Assembly: GCA_963721455.1 (NCBI GenBank)
Contig: CAVRJG010000021.1
Coordinates: 8,631-72,630 of the forward strand
Length of the DNA: 64,000 nucleotides
DNA from: an uncultured Methanosarcinaceae archaeon
GTDB taxonomy: Archaea; Halobacteriota; Methanosarcinia; Methanosarcinales; Methanosarcinaceae
Direction: 5' to 3'
Of this stretch, positions 33,367-43,942 are shown in pieces. A model generated the notes under the pieces. It saw only the letters and a list, made by a program, of their open reading frames with translations. It searched no databases and had not been told where the DNA came from. Every line of letters starts with the position of its first letter. Position 1 is the first letter of the stretch. Position numbers and translations under genes: made by a program.

Positions 33367-33482
33367 AGGATTTACGCGCTTGAGGAGTGAAAAAAGCATG
33401 AGCACATCTGCGACAAATCTCATGAATTATAAAAGTTTGAAGTCTCATGCGACTGGTTTTTTAGTTAAACTGCGTAAATCCT
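33367..33482. mobile_element. 116-bp MITE-like insertion in the 3' trailer of gene A
   Basis: Perfect 11-bp terminal IR aggatttacgc / gcgtaaatcct, related to the ends at 816-1015; absent from the homologous trailers of genes B-D. Confidence 0.65.
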
Positions 33483-33608
33483 TTCCTTTTACTGGTCTGC
33501 AATCATCGAAGCGGGCTTACGAATGAGTCTTATTTAATATTTTTTATAATTATGTAATCTGGAGAATAAAGCTCCATTTTCTATCTGCCTTTCTTATGCA
33601 TCATATTT

Positions 33609-34660
33609 TTATATAGGAGACTGATCCAGAAACTCGATTGCCTTGCTTATAAGGTATTCCCTGTGTGCGGATCTCTTTTCTCGCCAGGCGACTCTGAGCA
33701 AGCCGTAGCTCATATAAAGTGGAAGAACCCGCTTTATCCGGCGATATTCCTTTTCGTCTCTGCTGTAATTGTGGAGAAATCGCTTGATATGATAGAAGGA
33801 GGCATATGCCATACCTTTTCGTGCGAAATGATGGAATACTTCAGCGCACATTATCCCCAGGTCGTTCGCAGCATTCCCGTGCTCTGTGGAGAGCTCCAGG
33901 TCTATTGCATAGGTTTTGCCCCTGTAAAAGAGGTAATTTGCAGGAGTCGCATCACGGTGTATTGTACATCCCTGGTTTTCGTCCAGAAAGGGGCTTTTCT
34001 GCCATCCTTCAAGTTTTTGTTCATATATTTTTCTGGTCGAACTGCGGAGTGGCATATACTGCAGGTTACTGCGGATCTTTTCAAAATCCTTATCTTTATC
34101 GTAGTAGCTCTTTGTAGCCCGATGAAGTTTGCTCAGCAGGCAGGCTATTGCTTCTAGCTTTTCATCCAGGTTCTTTTCGTTTTTCAGGTACCAGGAAAAA
34201 GGTTTTCCAGGGATGTATTCGGTCACAAGGACGCAGTTAAAATGGCTGCTCAGGTCAATAGGTTCAGGGACATGGATTATTTTTTCAAGCCTCTTTAATT
34301 TATAATATTCATTCAGCATGGCTTCTCTAGCATCGTACTTTTTTATTTTCCCTGTGGGTTGTGCTAAAAATTTCGCCATAACACTGAGCCCTTCTCCCTC
34401 AAACTCATATCTATATACTATGTGGGATGCCGGTCTTACTCTGAATTCCCTGACACTGCAATTTTCGTTTTTTATCCTGCGCCCCAGAGCGTGGACTATC
34501 CAGTGTCTGAATGGATCTCCCGGCTTGAGTTTTCTAACATACTCCTGTGAAATACAGAACCCCCATTTATTCGAAATCGGAGATTGATATCTTTTCCCAT
34601 CTAAGATCAAGGTATTGGAAACCCTTGACAGGCAGCGGAATATTCAATCTTCCTTTCCAT
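33609..34660 (-). CDS. Aminoglycoside-phosphotransferase/choline-kinase-like protein; 5' end apparently frameshifted
   Basis: Catalytic IHRDATPANY, IDLE, A.K and VTEYIPG motifs. Comparison with the decayed copies points to a true start at ATG 34660 (MERKIEYS) with several +1 indels before codon ~45. Confidence 0.8.
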
Positions 34661-35601
34661 ACCAATCTGAGCGGCGGGATATAAAAGCACTGGATATTTC
34701 CTTAACTCTCTAAATTTATAGCAGTTATTTTTGAATTATATACAGGATCGCGTGACCATGAAAGTCTCAAAAAAGATGTGAGGAGAACTGAAAGCTAAGA
34801 ATGGATCAGAGGCTTATCATTCATGCAAAAACCTCTGGGTAAGATAGAAAGTTAATATGGATTTATTATGGACAGGATTCGATGTCTTTTAGGTTTATCT
34901 TATGAAAACGGTTTTCAGGTTTACCCTAAAAGTTACCACAGTTATAATTAATATGGATAGTTGTTGCCCTGAATCGGGCAGTTCATTCGATAGTGAAATG
35001 GAATTTAAGAACGAGACAATTAACTGTTCATCCTACCAAAAAAAGCCGATTGGCACTGGTTTTTATGTGGTGGATTTTTTTGGAGCACACATTAAAGTGG
35101 GCCTTTTTTCTGGTGAAATTAATTAAATGAGTAAACATGGAAATGAATTCTAAGATGAAAACTTAAATTGCAATCTATATTAAATTAAAGAAAAGACTAC
35201 ACTTTTGATGAAGGCATGTTGTGATAAATACTACTTTGAGAAGACATCTCCAGAAACAGGGCTAGATAATGTCAATTTTTCTTTAATATTGGTTTCTGAT
35301 TTTTATTTCTATCTATATTATATTATCTGGCGAATAATCACCTACTGATACGATTTGGGGGTCACTGTCATCGGCATATAAATCCTCAACACACAAAATG
35401 AGGATATGGGAGTAAGATTTTACCAGTACTATGCTTTTCCAGGATAGATCTGGATGACTGATTGGTAAAATAAAATTAAAAATAAAATTATTCAGTAATT
35501 TGCCGATGAAAAATTGACTTAATAATTAACCTTAGATTGTATCAGATGAATAAAAACTTAAATTGTATCATATTAAGCAAAAAAATCTGGAGTGTAGGTA
35601 T

Positions 35602-36626
35602 ATGGGGAAATTTGGAATAAAAAAGACACTGAGCATTTTCATGCTAGTGCTTTTCATAGCTTCGGTAACAGCCGCTTCAGTAAGCGCATGTAATTCCGCA
35701 GACTGCAAGCATAAAGAAGTCAAGAAAGAAGTCTGCAAGGGTGATGTCTGCAAGAATGTCAATAAGAATGTCAATGTCATACTAAACAGGGTCGTAGACA
35801 GAGACAAAGTCATTGACAGAGATATAGACTTTGACAGAGACAGAGTCATGGACAAAGACAGAGTCATGGACAGAGTTGAGGACAGAGTTGAGGACAGAGA
35901 CAAAGTCATGGACAGAGACAGAGTCATGGACAGAGACAGAGTCATGGACAGAGACAGAGTCATGGACAGAGACAGAGTCATGGACAGAGTTGAGGACAGA
36001 GTTGAGGACAGAGACAAAGTCATGGACAGAGACAGAGTCATGGACAGAGACAGAGTCATGGACAGAGACAGAGTCATGGACAGAGACAGAGTCATGGACA
36101 GAGACAGAGTCATGGACAGAGACAGAGTCATGGACAGAGACAAAGTCATGGACTGAGACAAAGTCATGGACAGAGACAGAGTCATGGACAGAGACAGAGT
36201 CATGGACAGAGACAGAGTCATGGACAGAGACAGAGTCATGGACAGAGACAGAGTCATGGACAGAGACAAAGTCATGGACAGCAAAGTCATGACCTACTGT
36301 AAAGAAGTCAAGAATAAAGAAATCTGCAAGGGTGATGTCTGCAAGAATGTTAATAAGAATGTCAATGTCATAATAAACAGGGTCGTAGACAGAGACAAAG
36401 TCATTGACAGAGATATAGACTTTGACAGAGACAAAGTCATGGACAAATACTGATACGATTTGGGGTTCACTGTCATCGGCATATAAATCCTCGAATGTCA
36501 ATGTCTAGTAAACAAGGTCGCGACAGAGACAAAGTCATTGACAGAGACAGGTGCTTTGACAAGGAAAGAGTCAGATGTGACAAGAAATAAGTCAATTTCT
36601 CTGACAAGGACCGCGGCTACTGCTGA
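35602..36626 (+). pseudogene. Secreted repeat protein B (DRDRVM repeats), disrupted
   Basis: Signal peptide MGKFGIKKTLSIF...VSA and an 18-nt repeat gacagagacagagtcatg. AGA>TGA stop at 36154, internal duplication of the CKEVK..VCKNVN block, a 45-nt insertion at 36448. The homologous C-terminus RGYC* ends at 36626. Confidence 0.75.
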
Positions 36627-36697
36627 CCGAGATTTTGGCAAAGACTAAACTGGCCTGGCTATAAGCCCTGGTTATATAATAATACAAGACGTATGGT

Positions 36698-36822
36698 GAC
36701 TCGTTCGTACAAGTCCTGCGTCAGATTACAGGAGCAGAAGACCCCGATCCATATAAAATCTAAAAATTGGGGTTCTTCCCTCCTGATATTGACCTGCAAT
36801 CAACAAAGTGGGTCTACGAATA
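36698..36822 (+). ncRNA. Conserved structured 3' trailer (homologs at about 33279-33530, 39008-39132, 41214-41343)
   Basis: Long rod: gttcgta/tacgaat outer helix, caggag..gaagacccc / ggggttcttc.ctcctg inner helix; compensatory version gaaaggccct/agggtctttc in copy D. Confidence 0.5.
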
Positions 36823-37102
36823 TGTTTTATTTACTGTTTTTTATGTGATCTGGAGACTAAAATTTGAATATTTCTGAAGCTTTACAAATTTCTAACTTTT
36901 CGGTTATACTTTTATCTATGGAAAAATGATGAGGTTCTCATTGTTCATTTCCACTTTATCCACTGCAGTTTTTACATCCGGAATACCAGGAAATTTTTTA
37001 CTTGATCCTGTACATTCGGTATAATCTTATTATCCTTAATGTCTCCTAAGATTGGCTTTATTTTCTTCCGTCTTCTATCTGCCTTTCTTATGCATCATAT
37101 TT

Positions 37103-37635
37103 TTATATAGGAAACTGATCCAGAAATTCGATTGCCTGGCTTATAAGGTATTTTCTGTGAGTGGATTTCTTTTCTCGCCAGGCGACTCTGAGCAAGCCGT
37201 AGCTCATATAAAGTGGAAGAACCCGCTTTATCCGGCGATATTCCTTTTCGTCTCTGCTGTAATTGTGGAGAAATCGCTTGATATGGGGGAAGGAGGCATA
37301 TGCCATACCTCTCGTGCGAAATGATAGAATACTTCAGCGCACATGATCCCCAGGTCATTTGCAGCATTCCCGTGCTCTGTGAAGAGCTCCAGGTCTATTG
37401 CATAGGTTTTTGCCCCTGTAAAAGAGGTAATTTGCAGGAGTAGCATCACGGTGTAATATGCAGCCCTCATTTTCGTCCAGTCCAGTTCCTGAATGAATTC
37501 CCTTGTTTAATTTCTAATATGCTCCTTTGAGCACAGAACCCCATTTATACAAAATCGGAAATTGATATCCTTCCCATCTCGATTAAGATATTGAAATCCT
37601 TGACAGTCAACGGAATACTCAACCTTTCTTTTAAT
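37103..37635 (-). pseudogene. Internally deleted phosphotransferase remnant 1
   Basis: Matches the 3' and 5' parts of 33609..34660, joined at tccag|tccag (about 510 nt deleted), with frameshifts. Confidence 0.85.
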
Positions 37636-38485
37636 ATTCAACCTCAGTGCAGGGGGATTTACAACTTCCAATAATGACCTGAAGCTTGATGCAAAAAGAT
37701 ACTTGTGAAATACAAAAGCCAAATAGTAAGGTAGAAAGCGGATCTAGATTTATAGAGGACAAGATTTAACGGTTTTTAGGTTTACCTTAAGGAAACGGTT
37801 TTAGGTTTACCTTAAAGGCCATCAGATTCTTAATTAATATGGATAGTTATTGCCCTGAATCCGGCAGTTCATTCGATAGTGGAATGGAATTTAAGAACGA
37901 GCCAATTAACTGTTCAGCCTGCCAAAACAAGCCTATTGACACTGTTTTTTATATGATGGATTTGCTTGGAGCACACATTAAAGTGGGCCTTTTTCCTGGT
38001 GAAATTAATTAAATGAGTAAACCTGAAAATGAATTCTAAGATGGAAACTTAAATTGCAATTGATATAACCTTAAAGAAAAGACAACACTTTTGATAGGGG
38101 CATGTTGTGATAAATACTACTTTGAGAAGACATCTACAGAAACAGGGCTAGATAATGTCAATTCTTCTTTAATATTGGTTTCTGATTTTTATTTCCATAT
38201 ATATTATATTCTCTGGATAATAATTACCTACTGATACGATTTGGGGGTCTTTCATCGGCTTATAATTCCTCAGCACACAAAATGAGGATATGGGGGTAAA
38301 ATTTTACCAGTACTATGCTTTTTCAGGATAGATCTGGATGACGTGTTGGTAAAATAAAATTAAAAATAAAATTATTCAGTTATTTGCCGATGAAAAATTG
38401 ACTTAAAAATTAACCTTAGATTGTATCAGATAAATAAAAACTTAAATTGTATCATATTAAGCAAAAAAATCTGGAGTGTAGGTAT

Positions 38486-38942
38486 ATGGGAAAATTTGGA
38501 ATAAAAAAGACACTGAGCATTTTCATGCTAGTGCTTTTCATAGCTTCGGTAACAGCCGCTTCAGTAAGCGCATGTAATTCCGCAGACTGCAAGCATAAGG
38601 ATAAGGTCTGCAAGGGTGGTGTCTGCAAGAATGTCAATAAGAATGTCAATGTCATAATAAACAGGGTCGTAGACAGAGATATAGACGTTGACAGAGATAT
38701 AGACGTTGACAGAGATATAGACGTTGGAAGAGCCAGAGTCATGGGCAGAGCCAGAGTCATGGACAGAGTTGATGGACAGATTTGACAGATTTGACGGATT
38801 CGACAGATTCGACAGATTTGACAGATTCGACGGATGCGGTGACAGAGGCTGTGGCGGAGGCTGTGGCGGAGGCAGAATCGGTTTCGTTGGAAAGTTCTTT
38901 GGTTGTGTTGATGTAAACCGCGGCTGTGGCTTTGGCTGCTGA
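38486..38942 (+). pseudogene. Secreted repeat protein C (DRDIDV / DRF repeats, GCGG tail ending GCGFGC), one +1 frameshift near 38771
   Basis: Same signal peptide as B and D. ORFs 38447..38785 and 38724..38942 join if one base in gttg|atg is removed. Confidence 0.75.
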
Positions 38943-39413
38943 CCGATTTTGTTAAAGACTAAACTGGCCTGGCTATAAAGCCTGGCTATAAAATACAAGA
39001 TATATGTTGACTCGTTCTCACAGTCCTGCGTCAGATTACAGGAGCAGAAGACCCCGATCCACATAAAATCTAAAAATTGGGGTTCTTCCCTCCTGATATT
39101 GACCTGCAATCAACAAAGTGGGTCTACGAATATGTTTTATTTACTGTTTTTTATGTGATCTGGAGACTAAAATTTGAATATTTCTGAAGCTTTACAAATT
39201 TCTAACTTTTCGGTTATACTTTTATCTATGGAAAAATGATGAGGTTCTCATTGTTCATTTCCACTTTATCCACTGCAGTTTTTACATCCGGAATACCAGG
39301 AAATTTTTTACTTGATCCTGTACATTCGGTATAATCTTATTATCCTTAATGTCTCCTAAGATTGGCTTTATTTTCTTCCGTCTTTTATCTGCCTTTTTAT
39401 GCATCATATTTTT

Positions 39414-39946
39414 ATATGGGAGACTGATCCAGAAATTCGATTACCTGGCTTATAAGGTATTTTCTGTGAGTGGATTTCTTTTCTCGCCAGGCGACTCTGA
39501 GCAAGCCCTAGCTCATATAAAGTGGAAGAACCCGCTTTATCCGGCGATATTCCTTCTCGTCTCTGCTGTAGTTGCGGAGAAATCGCTTGATATGGGGGAA
39601 GGAGGCATATACCATACCTTTTCGTGCGAAATGATAGAATACTTCAGCGCACATTGATCCCCAGGTCATTTGCAGCATTCCCGTGCTCTGTGAAGAGCTC
39701 CAGGTCTATTGCATAGGTTTTTGCCCCTGTAAAAGAGGTAATTTGCAGGAGTAGCATCACGGTGTAATATGCAGCCCTCATTTTCGTCCAGTCCAGTTCC
39801 TGAATGAATTCCCTTGTTTAATTTCTAATATGCTCCTTTGAGCACAGAACCCCATTTATACAAAATCGGAAATTGATATCCTTCCCATCTCGATTAAGAT
39901 ATTGAAATCCTTGACAGTCAACGGAATACTCAACCTTTCTTTTAAT
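39414..39946 (-). pseudogene. Internally deleted phosphotransferase remnant 2
   Basis: Near-identical to 37103..37635 at +2311 nt, same deletion junction. Confidence 0.85.
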
Positions 39947-40798
39947 ATTCAACCTCAGTGCAGGGGGATTTACAACTTCCAATAATGACCTGAAGCTTGA
40001 TGCAAAAAGATACTTGTGAAATACAAAAGCCAAATAGTAAGGTAGAAAGCGGATCTAGATTTATAGAGGACAAGATTTAACGGTTTTTAGGTTTACCTTA
40101 AGGAAACGGTTTTAGGTTTACCTTAAAGGCCATCAGATTTTTAATTAATATGGATAGTTATTGCCCTGAATCCGGCAGTTCATTCGATAGTGGAATGGAA
40201 TTTAAGAACGAGCCAATTAACTGTTCAGCCTGCCAAAACAAGCCAATGGGCACTGTTTTTTATATGATGGATTTGCTTGGAGCACACATTAAAGTGGGCC
40301 TTTTTCCTGGTGAAATTAATTAAATGAGTAAACCTGAAAATGAATTCTAAGATGGAAACTTAAATTGCAATCGATGTGAACCTTAAAGAAAAGACAACAC
40401 TTTTGATGAGGATGTGTTGTGATAAATACTACTTTGAGAAGACATCTCCAGAAACAGGGCTAGATAATGTCAATTTTTCTTTAATATTGGTTTCTGATTT
40501 TTATTTCCATATATATTATATTCTCTGGAGAATAATCAACTACTGATACGATTTGGGGGTCACTTTCATCGGCTTATAATTCCTCAGCACACAAAATGAG
40601 GATATGGGAGTAAAATTTTACCAGTACTATGCTTTTCCAGGATAGATCTGGATGACGTGTTGGTAAAATAAAATTAAAAATAAAATTATTCAGTAATTTG
40701 CCGATGAAAAATTGACTTAATAATTAACCTTAGATTGTATCAGATGAATAAAAACTTAAATTGTATCATATTAAGCAAAAAATCTGGAGTGTAGGTAT

Positions 40799-41149
40799 AT
40801 GGGAAAATTTGGAATAAAAAAGACACTGAGCATTTTCATGCTAGTGCTTTTCATAGCTTCGGTAACAGCCGCTTCAGTAAGCGCATGTAATTCCGCAGAC
40901 TGCAAGCATAAAGAAGTCAAGAATATAGAAGTCTGCAAGGGTGATGCCTGCAAGAATGTCAATAAGAATGTCAATATCATAATAAACAGGGTCGTAGACA
41001 GAGACAGAGTCGTTGAAAGAGATACAGTCATTGAAAGAGACAGAGTCATTGACAGATTCGACGGATGTGGCGGCTTTGGAGGTTGTGGCGGCTTTGGCGG
41101 CGGTTGTGGCTTTGGCTGCTTTAACCGCGGATGCGGCTTTGGCTGCTGA
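40799..41149 (+). CDS. Secreted repeat protein D (intact): CNSADC..VCKNVNKNVN, DR repeats, GCGGFG tail ending RGCGFGC
   Basis: GGAG RBS, signal peptide, uninterrupted 116-aa ORF. Confidence 0.82.
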   Translation: MGKFGIKKTLSIFMLVLFIASVTAASVSACNSADCKHKEVKNIEVCKGDACKNVNKNVNIIINRVVDRDRVVERDTVIERDRVIDRFDGCGGFGGCGGFGGGCGFGCFNRGCGFGC

Positions 41150-41613
41150 CCGATTTTGTTAAAGACTAAACTGGCCTGGCTATAAGCCTGGCTAATTAAT
41201 ACGTAAAAACGATGACGACTCGTTCTACAGTCCTGCGTCAGATTACAGGAGCGAAAGGCCCTAATCCAATAAAACCTAAATATTGGAGGGTCTTTCCTCC
41301 TGATACTGATCGGCAACCTCAAAATGGGTCGGTGAATGAGCCTTATTTCACATTTTTGACGAGTATAAAATCCGTGGGTGGATTTTAAAAATTTCTAACA
41401 GTTCCTTCTTTTCTTTTCTGTTTCAGTCCATGAAACAATCATAAGGTCCACATTACTCTTTTCCATCCTGTACGCGGCGGTTGGCGTTACTTTTTGACCG
41501 AATTGGAATTATACAGAGGAAGCAATTTCTACAGAAATATTTACATACTGCCAAAGAACTAAATGTATCCAGTTACTTTTCCGGATGTCAAATACAATAC
41601 TGGAGGAACCTGA

Positions 41614-42081
41614 TTGAACAAAAAAAGTTTGATGTATCCCGGTGCTCTTCTTTTCCTGTTTCTTATAGCATTTTTAATCTTCAAAGGGCAAAAAAAGGAG
41701 GCCCCTTCTGGATTTGTGAATGTAAGTGTCGAAGAGGCCAGGGGAATGATTGAAAAAGCCGACGTATTCGTGCTTGATGTTCGCACGCCTGCTGAGTTTA
41801 ACTCATCACATATCAAAGGGGCAAACCTGATCCCTGTAAGAAATGCCTCTGGATCAAATCTGAATCCGGACCTCCTGCTTGAGGCTCGCATAAATGAAGT
41901 CCCTAAAAATAAAAAAGTACTGGTTTACTGCAGAACAGGACGCCGAAGTGATGCAGCAAGCACGATCCTTGCAAATGCAGGATATTCTCAGGTATATAAT
42001 ATGGCAGGAGGTATCACTTCCTGGATAGATACAGGTTATCCGGTTGTAAGTTCACAGGATCAGGAGAACAAGAGCCCATAA
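41614..42081 (+). CDS. Membrane-anchored rhodanese-domain protein
   Basis: LDVRTPAEF...HIKGA, active-site loop YCRTGRRS, MAGGI..W. Confidence 0.9.
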   Translation: MNKKSLMYPGALLFLFLIAFLIFKGQKKEAPSGFVNVSVEEARGMIEKADVFVLDVRTPAEFNSSHIKGANLIPVRNASGSNLNPDLLLEARINEVPKNKKVLVYCRTGRRSDAASTILANAGYSQVYNMAGGITSWIDTGYPVVSSQDQENKSP

Positions 42082-42472
42082 CATTCAAGCCTGTGGCCGA
42101 GCCCCTCTAATCTCAAAGCACAATTGGTCATTCTTCCTACCGAAAGATGCGAACAATATGAACGGCTTTTCCTTAATTAAATTTTATTTTTTAACAGTAT
42201 TAGGGTATATATTACGGAATATGATACACTTTCACAGTTCTGGCAGTCCTTTCGGACAACGCACTGAAAAGCCACAATTTTACTGGCGCAGCTCTGCTGT
42301 CTCAACTCAGGCGGGTTTCATTTCTATTTGAAACCAGTTAAGTTGACTGCAATCATTTTTTTGAATTCCGGTGCAGTAGCCTCTGCAACTATTCTCTATT
42401 CGTCCTATAATTGAAAAGCCTTTTATGCTCTAAAGCCAAAATCTAAAATGGAATCCTATTTGGAGTACCAAC

Positions 42473-42859
42473 ATGGGGGATAATATGGAGAAAGGTAAAG
42501 GCACAACAGGTGAAGAAAACCGCTCAACAGCGACGGGCAGAGGTACAGACTTTAAAGTCCCTTATTCACGGGCAAACGTTAACAGGTGCAGATGCCCGCA
42601 GTGTCCGGTCCAGGCAGACAGTAAGTGTGCACAGGACAAAATTCAGAACTTAAAAACGGTAATGGAAAATGTTTCTGGAGAAGGAGTCCCGAATCCCGAG
42701 GACGTTCCGGGAGTCTATTGCTCAACAGGCAAAGCCACCTGCAAGGATCTTAACCCTGACAGATCATGCATTTGTAACACATGTGATGTCTGGAAAGAGT
42801 ACGCTCTCGGAAAAGGAAAACCAGTGATGTATTTCTGCAAGAACGGCAAGGCAGCCTGA
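42473..42859 (+). CDS. Cys-rich protein (DUF2769-like)
   Basis: CxCxxCP...C, YCSxG, CxCxxC, YFC pattern. Confidence 0.7.
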   Translation: MGDNMEKGKGTTGEENRSTATGRGTDFKVPYSRANVNRCRCPQCPVQADSKCAQDKIQNLKTVMENVSGEGVPNPEDVPGVYCSTGKATCKDLNPDRSCICNTCDVWKEYALGKGKPVMYFCKNGKAA

Positions 42860-43100
42860 TTTTTTTCAGGGTAGTAGTAGCTTTTTTATACCATACTATC
42901 ATCTTTTTAGAAAATAGCTCAAAACTTCTCTAAAATTCTTTTTTTTCAATAAGATCCCTATTTAATACTTATTTTCTTACCTCAACCTTTACATTTTGAC
43001 AGTTTACTCTAAGCGTATTTTAAATGATTTGATTTGACGGTTTATTTTTATGATTTATTTTAACGATCTGTTTGATAATTTATTTTGCCTGTTCTTTGAA

Positions 43101-43516
43101 ATTCTAAGCCTCTTCTGATAGTTCCTGCTCTTGAATTCAGTCTTTACCCGCGATACGACTTTGAAGTTACAGTCGCAGGAGCATTCCTGACATTACCTGG
43201 CACAGGACTAAGAGCCTGGAGCATGTGGACACCGGGTAAATACTTCTCTGTCCATATCGAGATTAAAAATAACCATCAGCTAATTGAAAGCGGCTCCTAT
43301 AAATTCACAAGGCACCCGGCTTATGCAGGAAACATATGGCAGGCTGTAGGTATTCCTCTCATCCTGAACGCTTACTTTTCCCTGGGTACATCGGCAGTGC
43401 TTATTTTCCTGTTTTTATACAGATTGATGTTCGAAGAAGAGATCCTTATCCGGAAAACCAAAGGTTATGGGGATTATGTAAAGAGGACAAAAAGGCTAAT
43501 TCCTAAAGTATGGTAA
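43101..43516 (+). pseudogene. 5'-truncated ICMT-family methyltransferase fragment
   Basis: YKFTRHPAY, EE.IL...Y..Y...KRLIP C-terminal motifs. The frame is open from about 43101 without the expected N-terminus. Confidence 0.65.
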
Positions 43517-43942
43517 GCGCAAAGTACGGTAAACCCGGATGCGGCGTAGAAACCGAAAAATGGTATTAGTTTGCATCACGGAGGGCAAAACCCTGAAAAC
43601 CGTAAGTTCCTCCTGGCAATCCCTCTTGAATATTTTATCTCAATTCTACACCTTCTACATAATAAATTTATTTATCTTAAATTTTTCAGTCCTTATATTT
43701 AATAATTTATTTTATCCTCTTATTTTCATTTAGCTCTAAGAACATTACTCAAATTTATAAACCTGGGATTTCTACCGAAAATTCTATATCTCTTAATAAA
43801 TATTTATTGACATACAGTCACTTAATAGGTTTGGAGCGGGTGAGTATAAGTGTTTACATATCATGCTCAGGTTTATCGTTACCTCTTTAAGATTTCAGGA
43901 AACCTAAAAATCTTTATTCTGACTTCTGGAGGGGCGAAATAA

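Larger units (their letters stand above)
33580..41345. repeat. Tandem segmental repeat: three units of [phosphotransferase(-) / ~1 kb spacer / secreted repeat protein(+) / trailer]
   Basis: Near-identical blocks offset by 2311 nt (37507 vs 39818 give identical ORF translations). The first unit is more diverged and keeps the long kinase. Confidence 0.92.

Noticed and set aside
36154-36156. In-frame TGA in gene B as selenocysteine recoding
   Set aside because: It replaces an AGA (Arg) in a repeat unit, the gene has other lesions, and Methanosarcina are not known to use Sec.
35790-36290. Possible CRISPR array in the gacagagacagagtcatg repeats
   Set aside because: Contiguous 18-nt coding repeats without unique spacers; no cas genes in the window.
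35568-36501. Long antisense and alternative-frame ORFs (SMTLSL, HDSVSV, WTETES repeats); likewise 48..746, 291..710, 28660..29559, 32996..33256
   Set aside because: Shadows of stop-free tandem repeats; only the chosen frames have an RBS and signal peptide or a recognisable domain.
38724-41149. Firm call of the GCGG-rich proteins as heterocycloanthracin/TOMM bacteriocin precursors
   Set aside because: They carry Sec-type signal peptides and no YcaO or dehydrogenase gene is nearby; kept only as an alternative hypothesis.
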